Shown here: positions 9,997-19,854 of the stretch, piece after piece
Numbering within the stretch: the first letter of the stretch is position 1
Layout: each line of letters starts with the position of its first letter
Made by a program: the position numbers and the translations under genes
Notes under the pieces: model-generated
The model's input: only the letters and a program-made list of their open reading frames with translations
What the model was told of the DNA's origin: nothing
Database searches by the model: none
Source of the DNA: Alkalispirochaeta sp.
GTDB lineage: Bacteria > Spirochaetota > Spirochaetia > DSM-27196 > Alkalispirochaetaceae
Direction: 5' to 3'
DNA length: 64,000 nucleotides
Assembly (NCBI GenBank): GCA_965601925.1
Contig: OZ271854.1
Location: forward strand, 3,680,001 to 3,744,000

Positions 9997-10641
9997 ATGC
10001 AATACGACGTGGGTTTGGTCATCACCGGTGGGAACGCGCCGTCGGTACCGATACGTATCATCGGGGAACGGCGTTGCCTCGTCGTCGCCGCCGACTCCGG
10101 TTTGGAACACGCCGCTCGGTGGAACATCACGCCCCACGCAATCGTCGGCGATATGGATTCGCTGACCGACCTTTCCCTTATCCAGAACTATACCGATAGT
10201 GTGGTAGAGCGGTACGATACGGCGAAGGATAAGACCGACACCGAGATCGCCCTCGATTTCGTCTGGAAACGGGGTGTGAATCGCGTTACGATCGTCGGTG
10301 GCGGGGGAGGCCGGCTGGATCATCTCATCGGAATTCTGTCTTTGTTCGAACGGGATCGATATCCGACGCGATGGGTCACCGACCGGGATGAGGTAATCGT
10401 TCTCGATTCGACACATACATTTCCGTGTACACTCGGAGAGGTCGTTTCGTTTTTCCCCGTTGGTCGACGGCGATGCACCATGAGAACCGAGGGCCTGCGA
10501 TGGCCGCTCGACGAACTTGCGTGGGAGCGAGGCGATGTGGGAGTCAGCAATGAATGCGTGGCAGAGTCATGTCGGGTAGAGATGTCGAGCGGTCGGCTCC
10601 TTATGGTGCGTCCTCTCCGGCCTCCGGTATCGGTCCCGTAG
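9997..10641 (+). CDS. thiN: Thiamine diphosphokinase
   Basis: [33 protein letters not shown]. Confidence 0.93.
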   Translation: MQYDVGLVITGGNAPSVPIRIIGERRCLVVAADSGLEHAARWNITPHAIVGDMDSLTDLSLIQNYTDSVVERYDTAKDKTDTEIALDFVWKRGVNRVTIVGGGGGRLDHLIGILSLFERDRYPTRWVTDRDEVIVLDSTHTFPCTLGEVVSFFPVGRRRCTMRTEGLRWPLDELAWERGDVGVSNECVAESCRVEMSSGRLLMVRPLRPPVSVP

Positions 10642-10649
10642 GTCCCGGT

Positions 10650-12410
10650 GTGGACGAGCTTGCCCGCGCGCTCACCGAACGCGAACGACGCGCATTGTTG
10701 GAACGGATCGCGAAGAGTCTCAGTGTACAGGACGACGACAGACGACGGATCATCCACGGCGAGCTGCGTCGCGAGCGCCGTACGGATCTAATCGCCACCG
10801 ATATGGGTCGCCTCACGTTCTGGGAAAAGGCACGGTTATGGTTTCGGCGCTGGATGTCCGGGCAGAGCGATGAGGAGGTTTTCGTTCGGTTTCGACTTCG
10901 CCAGGCGCGTGATCGAGTACGGGCCGCCCAGGAGGTGTTCGTCGATTTCGACAACAGAGCGATTCTCGAGGGCTTACCGGAAGCAACGCGTACTCTTTGT
11001 CGTCGCGCCGTCGCGGTTCGTAACTTCTTCACTTTCATATGGCACGACACGGAAACGCTGCGGGGCGTGCTGGACCATCTCCTTGCCAAGCGCGTTCCCG
11101 ATGCAAAGCGGTCTCTGAACCAGTTTTGCGCTACCCACGAGCTCCAGGAGGTCTTTCGTAAGACGGAGTCGCGCAGCCAACTCAAGCAATTGGTACTGGA
11201 ACGCGTCAGCGACTATATCAATCGAATCCCGCCGTCGGTTATCGAGGAGCTCGAAGCGGGACTCAAGCCGCTTTACATGTTGAAAGATCTCGTGCTCTTC
11301 GATTTTGACGGATTCTATGTGCAGTTTCAGGCTACCGAGGAGGATGCGCGCTCGTCGGACGAGAGTATTTTCCACAGCGCCGCGGCGCACCGCGTGCTCG
11401 ATCATCTCGAACGCCTCTATCTGGCCCTCTACAATACGAGTCAGATCGCCGAAGAGGGCGTCATGTACCCCGAAGTGCTGAACTACTACTTTGCAGCGCG
11501 CAGCGGTACGCTTCCGGACGAGGACGTGCTCGCCGTTCCCGACGCACCGCGTGCTCCGGAGTTGCGCGCGGCGATCGATCGTCTGGTCGAAGAGGCGCAT
11601 CGGCTTCGGCAGGCTATACCGCTAACCGATATCATTCGGTTCTTTCGCGACGATCCGTACTATCGGTTTCTCGCCTACATACCGACGCTGAAGCTTCGCG
11701 ATTTTTACTACTCCAACCTCAAGATCGAGGTTCTGCAAGAGTTGGATCGGCGATTTAAGGATGTTCGGCTGGGAGCCGTCGGGCAGATAATCCAGGAGGT
11801 ATTCCCCGACGGTCTCCTGCATCTCGAGTACTTTCACCCCGAAATACAAGCCGGAATCAAGCGCGCGGGGATCGGACAGCTGCAAGTTTATCGATCGCTC
11901 CAGGTCATACATACCTTCATTCGGTCGGTGTACCGTAAGGGATTACTGGATTTCATAAGAGTGCTCGGACGTCTCCTCCCGGCGCGCACCACGCGCTCCG
12001 GCGTCGATCTCTCTTTGCATATCGCCGGCCTCGACGATATCGCTGAGCGGTTGCGCGATTTTGATCTTTCTTTTTCTCCCGAGTCCGAGGAGGGCAAAAG
12101 ATTTTATCGGTATGCGACCTCAGAGCGCGATGTCGTGGAGCTAAACACCTTCAGAGCGTTGGTGACCCAAAAGGAACGCGACGCCCAGGGGATTATCGAG
12201 AAGTTTCACGACCAGATACACGGCGTGAGACAGATACTCGATCTGGTCAAGAAGACCCCGCACCAACAGGCGAGCGAACGATACGGCGCGATTGAGTCTC
12301 CATCAGGCGTCGATAATGGTTTTGATGAGCGTCTCGATGCATCGGTACGCGCCATCGAGAGCACCGAGAAAATTCTTAGCCAAATGATCAACGTCGAGGG
12401 TGAGACGTAA
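10650..12410 (+). CDS. Conserved spirochaete hypothetical protein (DUF5312-like)
   Basis: Long helical ORF; family name is from recollection only. Confidence 0.6.
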   Translation: MDELARALTERERRALLERIAKSLSVQDDDRRRIIHGELRRERRTDLIATDMGRLTFWEKARLWFRRWMSGQSDEEVFVRFRLRQARDRVRAAQEVFVDFDNRAILEGLPEATRTLCRRAVAVRNFFTFIWHDTETLRGVLDHLLAKRVPDAKRSLNQFCATHELQEVFRKTESRSQLKQLVLERVSDYINRIPPSVIEELEAGLKPLYMLKDLVLFDFDGFYVQFQATEEDARSSDESIFHSAAAHRVLDHLERLYLALYNTSQIAEEGVMYPEVLNYYFAARSGTLPDEDVLAVPDAPRAPELRAAIDRLVEEAHRLRQAIPLTDIIRFFRDDPYYRFLAYIPTLKLRDFYYSNLKIEVLQELDRRFKDVRLGAVGQIIQEVFPDGLLHLEYFHPEIQAGIKRAGIGQLQVYRSLQVIHTFIRSVYRKGLLDFIRVLGRLLPARTTRSGVDLSLHIAGLDDIAERLRDFDLSFSPESEEGKRFYRYATSERDVVELNTFRALVTQKERDAQGIIEKFHDQIHGVRQILDLVKKTPHQQASERYGAIESPSGVDNGFDERLDASVRAIESTEKILSQMINVEGET

Positions 12411-12433
12411 ACGCTCCTCGCGGCGCGCGATCA

Positions 12434-13300
12434 TCAGGGAGCTGCGTCCTCCGGTTCCGTCTGCGACAGCCCCAGCGCGTCAAGAGCGAGAACATCCCGG
12501 CCGTTTCGAGCGGCAATCTCCAGATAATCGAGGAGAATCGGATACTCGGTGAGGATGCGACCGTACCGTTGCAGATCCTCCATCATCTGGTCGGTGCCGG
12601 CACGCTGTACCGCGAGCTCGGCCACCGCCTGTAGCAGCGCCTCGTCGCGTGCCGCCTGCACTTCCAGATAGGTCTCACGGCCCAACCGGTATAGTTCGAG
12701 GTCCGGTACGATCAATTCTTCGATGACGACCGCTTGGATTTCGTATTCCGCCATGCGCCGCTGCAACTGATCGGCGATCGCCTGAGCCACCTCATCCGAC
12801 AGGGCGGCGCCGGCTCCCGAGCGGGATGCGGTAGCGAGGAGCGCTCGTTCCGTAATCCGTACGACGAGGGAGCGTATTTCGTCGTCGGCCTGTTCGTACC
12901 AATCGGGAAAACCGGCGGGGGTGAGGCCCATGGGAGCCAGTTCGGCGACCGCCGTCGCAGCTACCCTATACCGCACGAGGGCCGCTATCTCCTGTTCAAG
13001 AGCCGGTTCACCCTCCAGATACTGCCGGTATAGCTCCGCGGAGGGCAGGCTTCTCGTTGCGCGCACCCTCACCGTTCTGCTCTCCGTCGAGAATCGGTGG
13101 AGCGTCGCGTTTGTCGGAATAAGGAGCTCCCATCGCCACGCAAACTCGCCCGGGATTATGGGTGTGCGATCCCAGCCCGACGTCTTGCTGAACATGATCG
13201 CCGTCGTCCCCGCTTGTAGGCGCAGCGGCACATACCCGACGCCGAAGCCGGCCCCGGCGAGAAGAATAAGAATTACGAGAATGATAAAGAATTTCTTCAC
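12434..13300 (-). CDS. Membrane-anchored SPFH-like hypothetical protein
   Basis: N-terminal TM segment (KKFFIILVILILL), then coiled-coil. Confidence 0.7.
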   Translation of the reverse strand: MKKFFIILVILILLAGAGFGVGYVPLRLQAGTTAIMFSKTSGWDRTPIIPGEFAWRWELLIPTNATLHRFSTESRTVRVRATRSLPSAELYRQYLEGEPALEQEIAALVRYRVAATAVAELAPMGLTPAGFPDWYEQADDEIRSLVVRITERALLATASRSGAGAALSDEVAQAIADQLQRRMAEYEIQAVVIEELIVPDLELYRLGRETYLEVQAARDEALLQAVAELAVQRAGTDQMMEDLQRYGRILTEYPILLDYLEIAARNGRDVLALDALGLSQTEPEDAAP

Positions 13301-14193
13301 GACTCCGGTTCCTCTTTGATCAATCCGACGAGCTCCGAAAGCTCGGTGATTACCGCGTCCGGCCGGATCTCCGTGACGTCGGGATGGTCGCGACGCAGTC
13401 GCAGTGAACGTTCGTCGCCGGCAAAGAGCGCGGTCCTAATACCCGCCGCCGCCGCTCCGGCGATATCATTGAGCATATCGTTCCCGACATACAGAATCCG
13501 GTTTGCGTCGATTCCTTCGTTGCGCATTTCGACTACGAGCCGGTCGAACAGTTCGCGCGAGGGCTTTGCCGAGCGATACTCGTACGACCAAATCGCCGGT
13601 GCGATGCCGAGATCCTCTATCGAGCGCTCAAAGAGCGCCTCCACAATGAGTGGAGTGTAGAACTGGGCGTTGGAGACGATCGCCAGGCGGACTCCGGCGG
13701 CGCGAAGGGAGCGTACGGTTTCGGCGGCACCGGGCATGGGCCAGACGGGATTGACCGTTAACTCGAAGCGGAGCGCTGCAAGCGAGACGGCGTACGGATC
13801 TTCCGTGTAGTTCGGGACGAACTCGCGTGCGACGGTCGACCAAATCTCGCGAATGTCGACCTCGGGACGACGGATACCGCTCCGTGCACCGCGCTCGTGC
13901 TCTTGGGCAATTGCGGCGTCGAACGCCTTGGGCAGATCCGTAACCCGATCCGCGGGTATTGCCAACACTTCGGCCGCTGCGGCGAATCCCAACCCGCGGT
14001 GCTCATCGGCTGCGGTGAGCCCGATATCCCCGGCCGATGAAGTCACGAGTGTACCGTACACATCGAGAGCGACACACCGAATATCGGCAAGCCCCGCACC
14101 GCGAGGAGAGATCTCCGTTGGAATGGGATGGATCGGCGCGGACTTTTCGACGATTTCTCGTAGCAACCGCTGTTTTTGCCGGGGATCAAGCAT
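13297..14193 (-). CDS. HAD-family hydrolase
   Basis: LDVYGTLV, IVSNAQ, AKPS, YVGNDMLNDI. Confidence 0.9.
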   Translation of the reverse strand: MLDPRQKQRLLREIVEKSAPIHPIPTEISPRGAGLADIRCVALDVYGTLVTSSAGDIGLTAADEHRGLGFAAAAEVLAIPADRVTDLPKAFDAAIAQEHERGARSGIRRPEVDIREIWSTVAREFVPNYTEDPYAVSLAALRFELTVNPVWPMPGAAETVRSLRAAGVRLAIVSNAQFYTPLIVEALFERSIEDLGIAPAIWSYEYRSAKPSRELFDRLVVEMRNEGIDANRILYVGNDMLNDIAGAAAAGIRTALFAGDERSLRLRRDHPDVTEIRPDAVITELSELVGLIKEEPES

Positions 14194-14220
14194 GTATACT
14201 CGGATACTACGATAAGGCCT

Positions 14221-14565
14221 ATGCAAGATCAAGCAAGTGTGATTCGTCGGTCGGTCGATCTGTTGGAGCGCGCCGTCATCTTAGTGTTCGGGACGGTGCT
14301 GCTGCTCGCCGTCCTTTTTGTGGCCGGCAACTATCAGAACTTCACCGACGTGACGCAGCTTCAGCTTCTCGGTGCGTTGCAGGCCTTGTCGGGAGTGAGT
14401 ACCGTTCTTACCGCTCTCACGGGTGTGCTGGAACTCGTTGTGACCGTCCGTTTGCGTGAGTGGCGGGGCCTTTGGCGGCTCGGTGTGCTTCTCGTCGCGA
14501 CCGTTGTATCCTTTGGTCTCACCGTCGGGAGTAGCGGCATTCTCGTTTTTTTGAGACCTCTCTAA
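14221..14565 (+). CDS. Small 3-TM membrane protein
   Basis: Three hydrophobic segments. Confidence 0.7.
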   Translation: MQDQASVIRRSVDLLERAVILVFGTVLLLAVLFVAGNYQNFTDVTQLQLLGALQALSGVSTVLTALTGVLELVVTVRLREWRGLWRLGVLLVATVVSFGLTVGSSGILVFLRPL

Positions 14566-14590
14566 GCGGTGAAGTACGACAGCCGATGTA

Positions 14591-15445
14591 TTGGAGATTC
14601 GCGATACGATGATATTCGTCGCTCGTCATAGCAGCCTGGAGATAGCTCGGATGCGACAGGTGTCTGGGCGCCTCTTCGGGCTATTTCGCGAGCTTGACCG
14701 CGAGACGGTGCTCGGCAAGAGCGGAGCTCACATAGATCGATACGTCCGGCGGTACCTTCAACGGCACGGCCTCCAGAGCGCCCTGGTCGGATATCGAGGC
14801 TATCCGGCTCATTGCAGCGTGAGTCCCAACGCGGTCGCCGTACACGGGGTGCCCGATGCGCGGGTGCTCGCCCGCGGCGACGTGTTTACCTTGGATGTTG
14901 CCGCCTTTGGGGGAGGGTGGGTTTCGGATGCCGCATGGACGTATCTCACACCGGGGTGCTCTCATCTCGTCGTTCGCAGACACGCAGCGGCGTGGAGCGC
15001 CTTTCGCGAGCTTATCCTATCGCTCAAACCGGGTATTACGCTTACCGAAATCGCACGCCGCGCCGCCGACGGAGCCGCACGCCGCGGACTGTCGATCATT
15101 CCCGATTTCGTCGGCCACGGCATCGGGAGAGAACTTCACGAGCCTCCGGTAGTGAGCTTCTCTCCCGCCACCCTTACCGACGCAGCCGACGGTGTAGTGC
15201 TCCACCCGGGAACGGTCGTGAATATCGAGCCCGTCTACAGTGCCGGGGGTACCGCTGTGGAGCTCCAGTCGGACGGGTGGTCGTACCGTACCGCCGACGG
15301 CGAGGCGACGTTTCATTTCGAGCTGACCGTCGCCTTGCGACCGGAGGGGCCGCTTGTGCTCCAGCTCGACGGTGACGCGGAACGCGTCTTGCCGGAGGTG
15401 GTGCCGTTCGGCAACTTCGGCATGCGGTCCGTTGCGCCGGATTGA
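14591..15445 (+). CDS. map: Methionine aminopeptidase (M24)
   Basis: SPNAVAVHGVP, LDVA...SDAA, GHGIGRELHEPP, NIEP, HFE. Confidence 0.88.
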   Translation: MEIRDTMIFVARHSSLEIARMRQVSGRLFGLFRELDRETVLGKSGAHIDRYVRRYLQRHGLQSALVGYRGYPAHCSVSPNAVAVHGVPDARVLARGDVFTLDVAAFGGGWVSDAAWTYLTPGCSHLVVRRHAAAWSAFRELILSLKPGITLTEIARRAADGAARRGLSIIPDFVGHGIGRELHEPPVVSFSPATLTDAADGVVLHPGTVVNIEPVYSAGGTAVELQSDGWSYRTADGEATFHFELTVALRPEGPLVLQLDGDAERVLPEVVPFGNFGMRSVAPD

Positions 15446-15485
15446 CACGGCAGCCGCGCTTTGTGCACAGTAGTGCCATCCATCC

Positions 15486-15559
15486 GCCACCTTAGCTCAG
15501 CTGGCCAGAGCACGTGACTTGTAATCTCGGGGTCGTCGGTTCGAATCCGACAGGTGGCT
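15486..15559 (+). tRNA. tRNA-Thr(TGT); prophage integration target
   Basis: GCCACCT/AGGTGGC acceptor stem, GCTC/GAGC D arm, CT-TGT-AA anticodon loop, GTTCGAATC T loop. Confidence 0.96.
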
Positions 15560-15561
15560 TT
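15546..15561 (+). repeat. attL core TCCGACAGGTGGCTTT
   Basis: Identical to 52499-52514; corresponds to the tRNA-Thr 3' end. Confidence 0.93.
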
Positions 15562-15655
15562 TTGCTGGATTTTAATTCCATACTGCACTATGATTTAAAG
15601 TAATGATCAGAAAAACGGTACCAAAACGGCACCAGAATGCCGGATCGGTCACCCG

Positions 15656-16828
15656 ATGAAACGCGCTCATCCCTTCCGGTTTAAACGCGTTGCTCGCAAA
15701 GACACACGGGTCTATCGCGTCGTCTATGATCACGACCCGTCGCGACCCCGCTCCACCGGAATCGCGGTGCACCCGCGAGATACAAAGAACGGCGGCCCGG
15801 GCTACGAGGAAGCCGTGGCATGGGCGTACGCGCATCTTGATGACGAGCCAGCGTCAGCGCTCACGTTCAAAGAGGCGACGGTCGATATGTTCACCGAAGC
15901 GTGCGCGTGGCGTCGGAAGTTGATGAAGAAGGGGCGCACGTTCTCCTCGGGCTACTTCGAACAGCACCGCGGGCGCTTGGTGAACTATATTTGGCCGCGG
16001 TGGGGCTCACATTCGCCCAACAAGATCTACGCGTCCAACGTGGACGACTGGCTACTCGACCTTGATGTGATCGGCTCTGCACGGCCGGCCAGTCCGGGGC
16101 AGTGCGACAAGATCATTCAGACCTTCCGTCACGCCATGGATCATCTGGTGTATCGTCGTCTGATCCCTCAAGGTCAAAACACACTCAGGCTCGTAACGTA
16201 CTTCAAGGACGATGGCACGAAGCGCCTGCCGATCACCATGGACGAGTTTCACGTGCTTTTCCCTGAGAATATAGACGAACTCGTAAGGATTTGGCTGAGT
16301 CTCGATTGGGCCGTTTTCTTCTATATTATGGCGACGTGTGGCCTGAGACCAGGGGAAGTCGCCGCTATTGATCTTTCGTACTGGCAGCCTGGTGTCGGGA
16401 TGGCAGTCGCTCAGTCGGTCGACACAAACACTCTCGAGGTCAAGGGTCTGAAAACTGAAGATAAAGGGGTCGTCGTGAAGCCGGCATACTTCAACGACCG
16501 CACCGAGAGCATGCTGACCTTGATGGTCTACCAAGGAGCTTCGCAGTCGGGCCTGCTGTTTACCGTGAACGGTCGCCCGATTATACGAGAAACCTCAAAC
16601 AAGCATTTCAAGGCGTCGTGCCGACGCGCTGGTATCGACCCAGGCAAACGGACGCAATACAGCCTCAGGCACTTCTACGCGACGGAGATCGCCAAACACC
16701 TCGACGAGAAGGAGGCGGCTGAGTACCTCGGTCAGCGGGTGTTGCGTTCGGAGTACGACCACCGCAAGGTAGTTGAACGACTGAAAAAGAATGATCGAAT
16801 GCGACAGGTGTCGAATCGGATCTTTTAG
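15656..16828 (+). CDS. Tyrosine recombinase (phage integrase)
   Basis: TCGLRPGE, YSLRHFYAT and a C-terminal Tyr; adjacent to attL. Confidence 0.92.
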   Translation: MKRAHPFRFKRVARKDTRVYRVVYDHDPSRPRSTGIAVHPRDTKNGGPGYEEAVAWAYAHLDDEPASALTFKEATVDMFTEACAWRRKLMKKGRTFSSGYFEQHRGRLVNYIWPRWGSHSPNKIYASNVDDWLLDLDVIGSARPASPGQCDKIIQTFRHAMDHLVYRRLIPQGQNTLRLVTYFKDDGTKRLPITMDEFHVLFPENIDELVRIWLSLDWAVFFYIMATCGLRPGEVAAIDLSYWQPGVGMAVAQSVDTNTLEVKGLKTEDKGVVVKPAYFNDRTESMLTLMVYQGASQSGLLFTVNGRPIIRETSNKHFKASCRRAGIDPGKRTQYSLRHFYATEIAKHLDEKEAAEYLGQRVLRSEYDHRKVVERLKKNDRMRQVSNRIF

Positions 16829-16921
16829 CTGCGAATCCGATACTTGTTCGCTATCTGATCGGCGTGCAGAAGTACTAAAACTTGAGTATATGTTCCAAAC
16901 CGTGTAGTATGAACTTACATC

Positions 16922-17335
16922 ATGGCAAGGAGTAGCCGGCAAACAGAAAAGCAAGGTCAGAGGCGCGGCGGACGCCGCGCTGACTGGATCTTCCCTGTTA
17001 CTGAGTTGGTTGGTACGGCATTCAAGACCATGATGTGGGTGGGCTGTATACTTCTCTTAGGACGATGGGGCTTCGCGACGGTCATTCAAATCGTGCCGGA
17101 GCTTGCGGGACGAAACACGGTGGCGAACTTCGAGTTTGTGATGAACTGGGGATTTGTCGGGAGCCTTACGTGGGGTGGTGTGATGACTGGCGCCTGGCAT
17201 GTTCAGCGACGCCGAAACGGCACGCTCACAAGGGATTTACATGCACACATCCGTGCTCTTGAGTTACAATTGAATCCTGATCGCCAAAGTAGTAAATTGA
17301 CTAAAGAAGGCGAGACAAACAGGAGGGATAGATGA
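16922..17335 (+). CDS. Prophage 2-TM membrane protein
   Basis: Two hydrophobic segments; ATGA overlap with the next gene. Confidence 0.65.
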   Translation: MARSSRQTEKQGQRRGGRRADWIFPVTELVGTAFKTMMWVGCILLLGRWGFATVIQIVPELAGRNTVANFEFVMNWGFVGSLTWGGVMTGAWHVQRRRNGTLTRDLHAHIRALELQLNPDRQSSKLTKEGETNRRDR

Positions 17336-17901
17336 TGGCCTCCCTAAGTTTTTTCGTTGCCGTCGTTCTGTTGTTGGTCTGGTATGTTACCGTCCATCGC
17401 TACAACGCAATATCTACATACCGCGACCGTCTTTTTGCGATTCGACGTGAGTTGTTCCTGCTCGCTGCGGAGTCGAAGAATCTACCATTTGACGGTGACG
17501 TCTATCGCGGTCTTGAGATCTTGATTAACGTGAATATTCGTTTCGCGCATCAGGTCAGCTTCATTAAGATGAAGCTCTTTGGAATAGTGTGGCGTCGCTT
17601 CGGTGCCCGTCCGCGAAAAAACGATCTCATCAGCAATCTCCCTCGGGGAATACATGGACTTCCCAAGCCCGAGAGAGCTAAGGTTCAAGAACTCTGTGAC
17701 CGAATGGACGTAGAGACTGCAAGGCTCCTTGCGCGAATTTCGCCCGGCTTTTTTCTCTACACGGTCTTGCCGTTTCCGATCGTATTGATAAAGGTCCGGC
17801 GCCGCGAGCAGAACCGACATTACCTTGATGTGTGGGAGTGGCGGTCGAAGAGAGTCGGCAAGGGCATCGAAACGCACGCCGCGAGAATGTGCCCGGCCTG
17901 A
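17332..17901 (+). CDS. Prophage membrane protein
   Basis: N-terminal TM segment; translationally coupled to the upstream gene. Confidence 0.65.
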   Translation: MMASLSFFVAVVLLLVWYVTVHRYNAISTYRDRLFAIRRELFLLAAESKNLPFDGDVYRGLEILINVNIRFAHQVSFIKMKLFGIVWRRFGARPRKNDLISNLPRGIHGLPKPERAKVQELCDRMDVETARLLARISPGFFLYTVLPFPIVLIKVRRREQNRHYLDVWEWRSKRVGKGIETHAARMCPA

Positions 17902-17904
17902 CCA

Positions 17905-18087
17905 TCAGTCGGCCAGGCTGCGCCGTCCCAGTTCCCACCATCCCAACGCCAACCGTACCGCTTCACTCATCTTGTCCAGCGCCTCTCCCCATGTCTCACA
18001 CTCATCACAGAGCTCCGTAAGCCCCGCAGCTACCAGTAGGATGTCGGGTTTGGGCTCAAGCTCTCCGTCGTTCCAGGTCCATTCCAT
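17905..18087 (-). CDS. Small protein, weakly HicB-like
   Basis: AGGAGG RBS; ETWGEALDKMSEAVRLAL resembles the HicB helix. Confidence 0.45.
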   Translation of the reverse strand: MEWTWNDGELEPKPDILLVAAGLTELCDECETWGEALDKMSEAVRLALGWWELGRRSLAD

Positions 18088-18149
18088 TGTGGCCTCCTGG
18101 CTAATGATACAAAGAGGAGCGGTACGGCGCCCCTCAAAGCGGGCTCGGT

Positions 18150-18557
18150 TCAGCGGTGTTTAAACGTGGCGCGAAGAACTGTGGTAGCGTGTGGTATTTC
18201 CTCACCCTTGATTCTCTTCGCGAGAGATCGAAACGACCGACTACGTGGCGGGGCCTTCATCACTTCGGCGACACACCCGGTCAAGCGTAGATGGAGCGGG
18301 CGCAAGTCATCATTCACCTTGCGCGTGATGTCGCGCCAATCTCTGTTCATCTCCTTGAGATCACTAATGACGCGCTCAAGATGATTAATCTCCACTGCCG
18401 TGGCGGTATGTAGCTGCACCAACGTAGTGACGAGTGCCGATCGCTGCACCTCGGCTCGTTGGAGCGCCAACTGCCAGATCGCCACCGCTGCGGCTACGGT
18501 TCCGATGGAGAGGGTAGTGAGGTCGAACCATGATGGTGCGCTCGCAACTGTTAGCAT
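18150..18557 (-). CDS. Single-TM hypothetical protein
   Basis: N-terminal TM segment plus helical domain. Confidence 0.6.
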   Translation of the reverse strand: MLTVASAPSWFDLTTLSIGTVAAAVAIWQLALQRAEVQRSALVTTLVQLHTATAVEINHLERVISDLKEMNRDWRDITRKVNDDLRPLHLRLTGCVAEVMKAPPRSRSFRSLAKRIKGEEIPHATTVLRATFKHR

Positions 18558-18566
18558 GGCTGAGAC

Positions 18567-19103
18567 CTACCAGGTTTCAGTTGCGCGGGTGTCGATGTAA
18601 GCCGCGAGATCATCCACCAAGGCTTCCATGAGAGCTTCGAGCGCTTCACGCTCTGCGCGATCCGGAAAAGAGAACGCCTGGTTTGGTCCGTACACATCTC
18701 CAAGAACGCGGGCGTGTACGTCTCCGATTATCACCCCATCCGCTATCGTGACTCGTAACCGCCCATTGCGAAGTTCAATGATCATGGAGTAGCGCGCCTG
18801 AAACGATCGATTGACCGGCTGCGAATAGTCCGTTTCTCCCGGCGTCTCATACGTAACACGAGAGTTCGCCGTGCCCGCAATTACACCGCTGTCCTTGTCT
18901 GAAAACTCAATGACGGCCTCGGCCGACATGAACCGCTCGGCAAGCCAGAGATTCGCCGACACCCACGCATCGTCCGAGTCGGTGTTGGTATCTCGGATCG
19001 TCTGATACCGTGCAGGTGCGTACTCGCCGGGCTCGGGCGTAGTGCACCCGATAAGGAGCAAGGTGGTAGCAACCGACATCAGTAAGGTGGGTACAGGCTT
19101 CAT
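18567..19103 (-). CDS. Prophage lipoprotein (DUF4468-like)
   Basis: Lipobox LLLIGC; AVIEFSDKDSGVIAG; AAGGAG RBS. Confidence 0.7.
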   Translation of the reverse strand: MKPVPTLLMSVATTLLLIGCTTPEPGEYAPARYQTIRDTNTDSDDAWVSANLWLAERFMSAEAVIEFSDKDSGVIAGTANSRVTYETPGETDYSQPVNRSFQARYSMIIELRNGRLRVTIADGVIIGDVHARVLGDVYGPNQAFSFPDRAEREALEALMEALVDDLAAYIDTRATETW

Positions 19104-19168
19104 GCATCGCTCCTTTGACTGGCGACATCGACGCCTACACTTTTTGCAACATTTCGTCGATTTCGCTA

Positions 19169-19197
19169 TTGATTTACGATTAGGCGCCTACTAAGCT
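19169..19197 (+). promoter_or_regulatory. Sigma70-type promoter with palindrome TAGGCGCCTA in the spacer
   Basis: TTGATT-17bp-TAAGCT. Confidence 0.5.
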
Positions 19198-19203
19198 TGA
19201 GTC

Positions 19204-19347
19204 ATGAGAGTGTGTGTTGTCAATATCTCTAACATTGTAGTGCAAAGCACTCAGGTATTGCCAGCACAAACCGAGGAAAAAGCGCCCACGTGGGTTGAAC
19301 GCTGGCATACCCGATTGTACCCTGGGTGCGGAGGTAAAGACGTATGA
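19204..19347 (+). CDS. Putative 47-aa leaderless peptide
   Basis: ATG sits at the predicted TSS; stop overlaps the next start (ATGA). Confidence 0.4.
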   Translation: MRVCVVNISNIVVQSTQVLPAQTEEKAPTWVERWHTRLYPGCGGKDV

Positions 19348-19850
19348 ACAACACCCTCGCTAAGCCTCGTCTATCGGTCACAGCTCGATATGAGCAGTTC
19401 GTTGACCAGAATCAGACAGCATACTCTGGATTCGGCATTGACCGGGTGAAGCGTCACCCTGTCTCACGGATCGTCTACGCAAAGAACACCGACGTATACG
19501 ACGATCAGATCGTCGCCGAGCTCCTTTCTATAGGACAGGTATCGCTAACACAGCAAGAGATCGTGCGCAGCCTCAGCCCGAGCGCGTTGTACCTTGAGTG
19601 CCCGCTGAAGCAGTTGGCGCCACTCCGAGCTCCGTATCCGGACCGCAGCGACGACCGCTGGATGGAGAGTCTGGGTATCTGGCAGCTTCGCGGCTGGGTG
19701 GCGAAGGGTTACGGCGACTATGCGGCTCACATTGCCTATTTAGAGCGTTCAGTGATTGAGCGGTTCGATGAAGATTTGATTCAGGAGCTCAACCTGCTGG
19801 CTGAGTACGACGGCGCTGGCACTTTATCCGGGTGGGATTGGGTTACCTGA
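19344..19850 (+). CDS. Prophage hypothetical protein
   Basis: GGAGG RBS; 168-aa ORF. Confidence 0.7.
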   Translation: MNNTLAKPRLSVTARYEQFVDQNQTAYSGFGIDRVKRHPVSRIVYAKNTDVYDDQIVAELLSIGQVSLTQQEIVRSLSPSALYLECPLKQLAPLRAPYPDRSDDRWMESLGIWQLRGWVAKGYGDYAAHIAYLERSVIERFDEDLIQELNLLAEYDGAGTLSGWDWVT

Positions 19851-19854
19851 AGTC

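Noticed and set aside
9874..10416. N-terminal extension of flagellin in the ORF track
   Set aside because: Antisense to thiN; the true start is at 9873 with an RBS and promoter
15656..16828. Integron integrase for the cassette array
   Set aside because: It sits at attL, is 37 kb from the array, and shows no recognisable IntI-specific insertion; it is the phage integrase
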